This document shows positions 60,411 to 64,000 of a stretch of 64,000 nucleotides of DNA, piece by piece; position 1 is the first letter of the stretch; every line of letters begins with the position of its first letter. A program made the translations under genes and the position numbers. This DNA comes from the human T2T-CHM13v2.0 reference genome, Homo sapiens, in assembly GCF_009914755.1 (NCBI RefSeq), contig NC_060944.1. The stretch is one strand, 5' to 3'. Below the pieces are notes generated by a model. That model saw nothing but the letters and a program-made list of their open reading frames with translations. It was not told the DNA's origin and searched no databases.

Positions 60411-60899
60411 CTCCTTGGATCCTGTAATCACAGGTCTGGCTCATGTGAACTACTACTGGTTTTCAGTTACATCTTCAACTATCAGCAACATCAACACTCA
60501 AAATTGCTTGCTGCTGGAGGTGACAAAAAATTTTAATTAGTAAACACGTAATGCAAACTAGAGCCAGCTGTCTCTCACCTAGTTCCAAACAATCATTTCT
60601 CGCTGCTACTCATTTTGGCCCTTCAAGACCTTATTATCTAATCAAACGGGACTACTGACCTCTTCTGAACATGCCCAATCACATCTTTGCTCAAAAAGTT
60701 CTTTCCATGTAGCACACTCTGGTCCTCAAACTTAAATTTTTCCACACCCCAAAGTAGTGCGTCCCCTATGAATTTTTCTGATTACCACATCTTGAGTGAC
60801 TTCTTCCTCCAGATTTCCATGGCTTTCTGCTAAACATCTTTTACGGCACTTACTATTATTGCATTTTGTATTATGGTTCTGACTTTCTTCTACTTTAGA

Positions 60900-61185
60900 T
60901 CTATATTGTCCAATATGGTAGCCAGTAGTCACATGTGGTAACGGAGCACTTGAAATGCGTTTTGTCTAACTTGACATTAATATGAAAATAGTATTAGTAT
61001 GAAATGAGTAGAAAATGGGATGTAAAATATACATTGACTTTTATATTGATTACATATTGAAATAATTTTGATATATTGGGTTACATAAAATATATTATTT
61101 AAAATAATTTTACCTGTTTCATCTTACTTTTTAATGTGGTTACTAGAAAATCCAAAATTATGTATTTCTACTAGACAATGTTGCT
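60900..61185 (-). mobile_element. MER33 (hAT-Charlie)
   Basis: tgtccaatatggtagccagtagtcacatgtgg...gagcacttgaaatg...tattgattacatattgaaat...tttaatgtggttactagaaaa. Confidence 0.78.
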
Positions 61186-61190
61186 TTAGA

Positions 61191-61454
61191 CAGGGGCCAC
61201 TGCACAAAGTTTAGCAGGCTGTTATCCGCACAGGGGCATTTATAAAAGGACAAGAAGGGCTAAAATCAAGGCCATCCTACACTCACCAAGCCATGCACTC
61301 TGGAGGGGGCTGTGTCTGCTCAGGGGCAAAAAATCTGTTGCTTCAAAGGCGCCATCTCTTCACCAAAGTGTGACCCCTGGGAGCTCTGTGTGTCCAGAGA
61401 GCATGCCTTTTTCTAATTTGCATAAAGGCATCATATAAGCTAGCGACAGCCCTG
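61191..61454 (-). mobile_element. MER91-like hAT-Tip100 element
   Basis: caggg...ccctg termini; gcctttttctaatttgcataaaggcatcatataagctagcgacagccctg. Confidence 0.6.
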
Positions 61455-61527
61455 AGATGGGTGACGACGCCTTACTCATATTCTGTCTGCCACATACTAG
61501 TGGCAAAGCAACTGAACAAATTAATGA

Positions 61528-61891
<364 letters not shown>

Positions 61892-62217
61892 TACTTACCC
61901 TCTTTAGACACATCTCTTCTTATCATGTGATGACATATAACACTTTATCTGGTTAGAGAATATAGTTCTCATTAGGGCTCACCACTAATCAAAATCACTG
62001 TTTAACTTCAAGATTCAAATTTTCATGTCTGTCTTCTAGCACCACATCAAAAATTAATAATCACTGCATATTTCTTTTATAGCTTTGTATTTCCAGATAA
62101 GCATTTGACCATTCCATAATACTATGAAAATACTTATTAATGTGTTTACATTTTTGAAAGATCAGTATAAAAATAAATAATGTAACACCCAAGAATCTCT
62201 AATTTTTTCCAACCTAC

Positions 62218-62854
62218 CTGATTGCATTTCTCTTCTTGTCTTAGAACACTCGATTCTGGGAGATTTCACAATTTCAGAGGTGCCTGAGTCTAATGTCCTT
62301 TGTTTTTCTTCGAGAGAAGAGTCTGTAGTATGTTGAACAATGTTTTTTTTCTCTTTCTTATTTTTTTGTGTAAATTCTTTGCTATCCTTCTTCGGACTTA
62401 TGTTTGAATCTATCTTAAATTTACATGAGGTTTTCATTTTTTTAATTCCTATAGAATTATCTAAATCAGTTTTATTTTCAGAACCCTTGTGATTAGCCTT
62501 CTTGGTTTCTTTCTTTTTCTCAACTAGATTTTTTGAATCGATTTCTTTTTTAGTCTGGGTTTTTTTCTTCTTTATTTTCTTTTGACTCAATGCTTTGCTA
62601 TCTTCACCAGAGAGATTGGAATCAGAATCTGAAAGGTCGTAAAAACGCTTCAAATCCTCTGTAGTGCTATGGCTAATGGGGCGCCCTCTTTTATCCACGG
62701 CATAGTTCAACTTGAACTTCTTGTCATGAAACATGGCTCGAAATCTCTTGTCAATTTTGACTTTTCGATCCTTTTCTGGCATTTCCCAAAATCTCGGGTC
62801 CTTTGCAACCCGTCTAAACCGCTGGTCACTCATTATTTCTTGTTTGGATGACAT
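62218..62854 (-). CDS. ESF1: ESF1 first coding exon (exon 2; whole exon 62218-62897 including 43 nt of 5'UTR), codons 1-212+1
   Basis: Translates MSSKQEIMSDQRFRRVAKDPRFWEMPEKDRKVKIDKRF..., the recognised ESF1 N-terminus. Acceptor ttttcag at 62898, donor CAG|gtaggt at 62217; 637 nt of CDS. Confidence 0.97.
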
Positions 62855-63267
62855 TTTTAATTCTTAATCTCGACCAAATGCTTGAAGAAAACAAATACTG
62901 AAAAATAAAACAAATGTTTTAATGGTAATAATGGTTAGTACAATAATTAAATGTTTTAAAACACATTAATTCACAATATATTCTAAGTTAATATATTCTA
63001 AGTTAAGTGTACATAAAATAGAGGTAACAAGTCTAATTTCATCTCTCCAACGTATTCTGGGTCACATGCAAAAAAGCAGAAACATACCAAAATATCCTCT
63101 TTCCATGACAGATCATTTAGAGAAATAAACTTAAGGTAGACAAAGCAGAATCCCAGGGCTTTATGGAGGGGAACAAATGTTTATTCATCCATTGCTCTCA
63201 CTTAGAATTTCTATTTGTATACCAGTATGTGTTACTAATTGAAGGCAAATGTAGTTAAGATTCCCTA

Positions 63268-63553
63268 GGCCGAGTGCGGTGGCTCACCAGCACTTTCGGA
63301 GGCCAAGGCGGGCGGATCACTTGAGCCCAGGAGTTCAGGACCAGCCTGGGTAACATGGTGAATCCCCACAAGAAATACAAAAATGAGCCCGGCATGGTGG
63401 CGCGCGCCTGTAGTCCCAGCTACTTTGGAGGCTAAGGCAAGAGGATCACTTCCACCCGGGAGGTCTTGGCTAGAGTGAGCCTAACGGCACTACAGCACAC
63501 CAGCTGGGGCAACAGAGTGAGACCCTGTCTACCAAAAAAAAGTAAGAAAGAAA
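63268..63553 (+). mobile_element. AluJb-like
   Basis: TSD aagattcccta. Confidence 0.9.
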
Positions 63554-64000
63554 GATTCCCTAGCCTCCGTTGGCCTCATTTGTTTCTTCACATTCTGGTC
63601 TCATTCTGCTTACTCCTTATCTCCGGCTACTGCCAACAAACAGCCTTTAGTTCTGTAAGACTAGCATTCTAACTAAACAGACCAAAATCAACTCAGGTTT
63701 AGCTAAGAAAGTTTCCTTTTTAAATCCGATCATCCTTCAAAAGTAATAAAAAGTTTAAAAATAAAAAGTAAATTTGAGTCTCCAGGTAAAGTCTCACACC
63801 AGTTAATAAATATCACTTCTTTCTATAATATCTGATTCTACCAGTGATGAAGGCCCAAGTGAGCTCATTCCCCCAAAACATACTAGAACATATACATATG
63901 TGTGTATAAATTAATATTGTTCCCTTGTGAAAAGTCTCCAATGGTTTAGCATCTCTGGATGGGAATTTTGCAAAGAGCCAAAAGTCGTTGATTATTAAGC

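Noticed and set aside
62162-62854. 230-aa ORF as a standalone single-exon gene
   Set aside because: It is ESF1 exon 2 reading past its donor at 62217; the frame continues into exon 3.

Overview
Human-like (hominid) genomic DNA covering most of ESF1 (ABTAP/C20orf6), a nucleolar pre-rRNA processing factor, on the minus strand. Ten coding exons (conventionally exons 2-11) were assembled by hand. They run from the ATG at 62854 to 8086 and give 2038 nt of continuous, phase-consistent CDS (codons 1-679 plus one base). The promoter, exon 1 and the last exons lie outside the window. The introns are dense in repeats: about 35 Alus, a 5'-truncated antisense SVA with an intact TSD, a MER21 LTR, L1/L2/MIR relics, hAT and Tigger MITEs, a piggyBac-derived MER85 and a tailless U2 snRNA retrocopy. 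The most interesting signals not explained by these features are several candidate unproductive or alternative splicing elements. These include an 89-nt PTC-containing cassette with a perfect branch point and donor in the 26-kb intron, an in-frame alternative donor that adds 16 aa to exon 11, triplicated donor sites created by TSD duplication, and an AUG-containing exon 2 flanked by inverted Alus. All of these are sequence-only predictions. Repeat subfamily calls and most repeat boundaries are from recognition by eye and are approximate.
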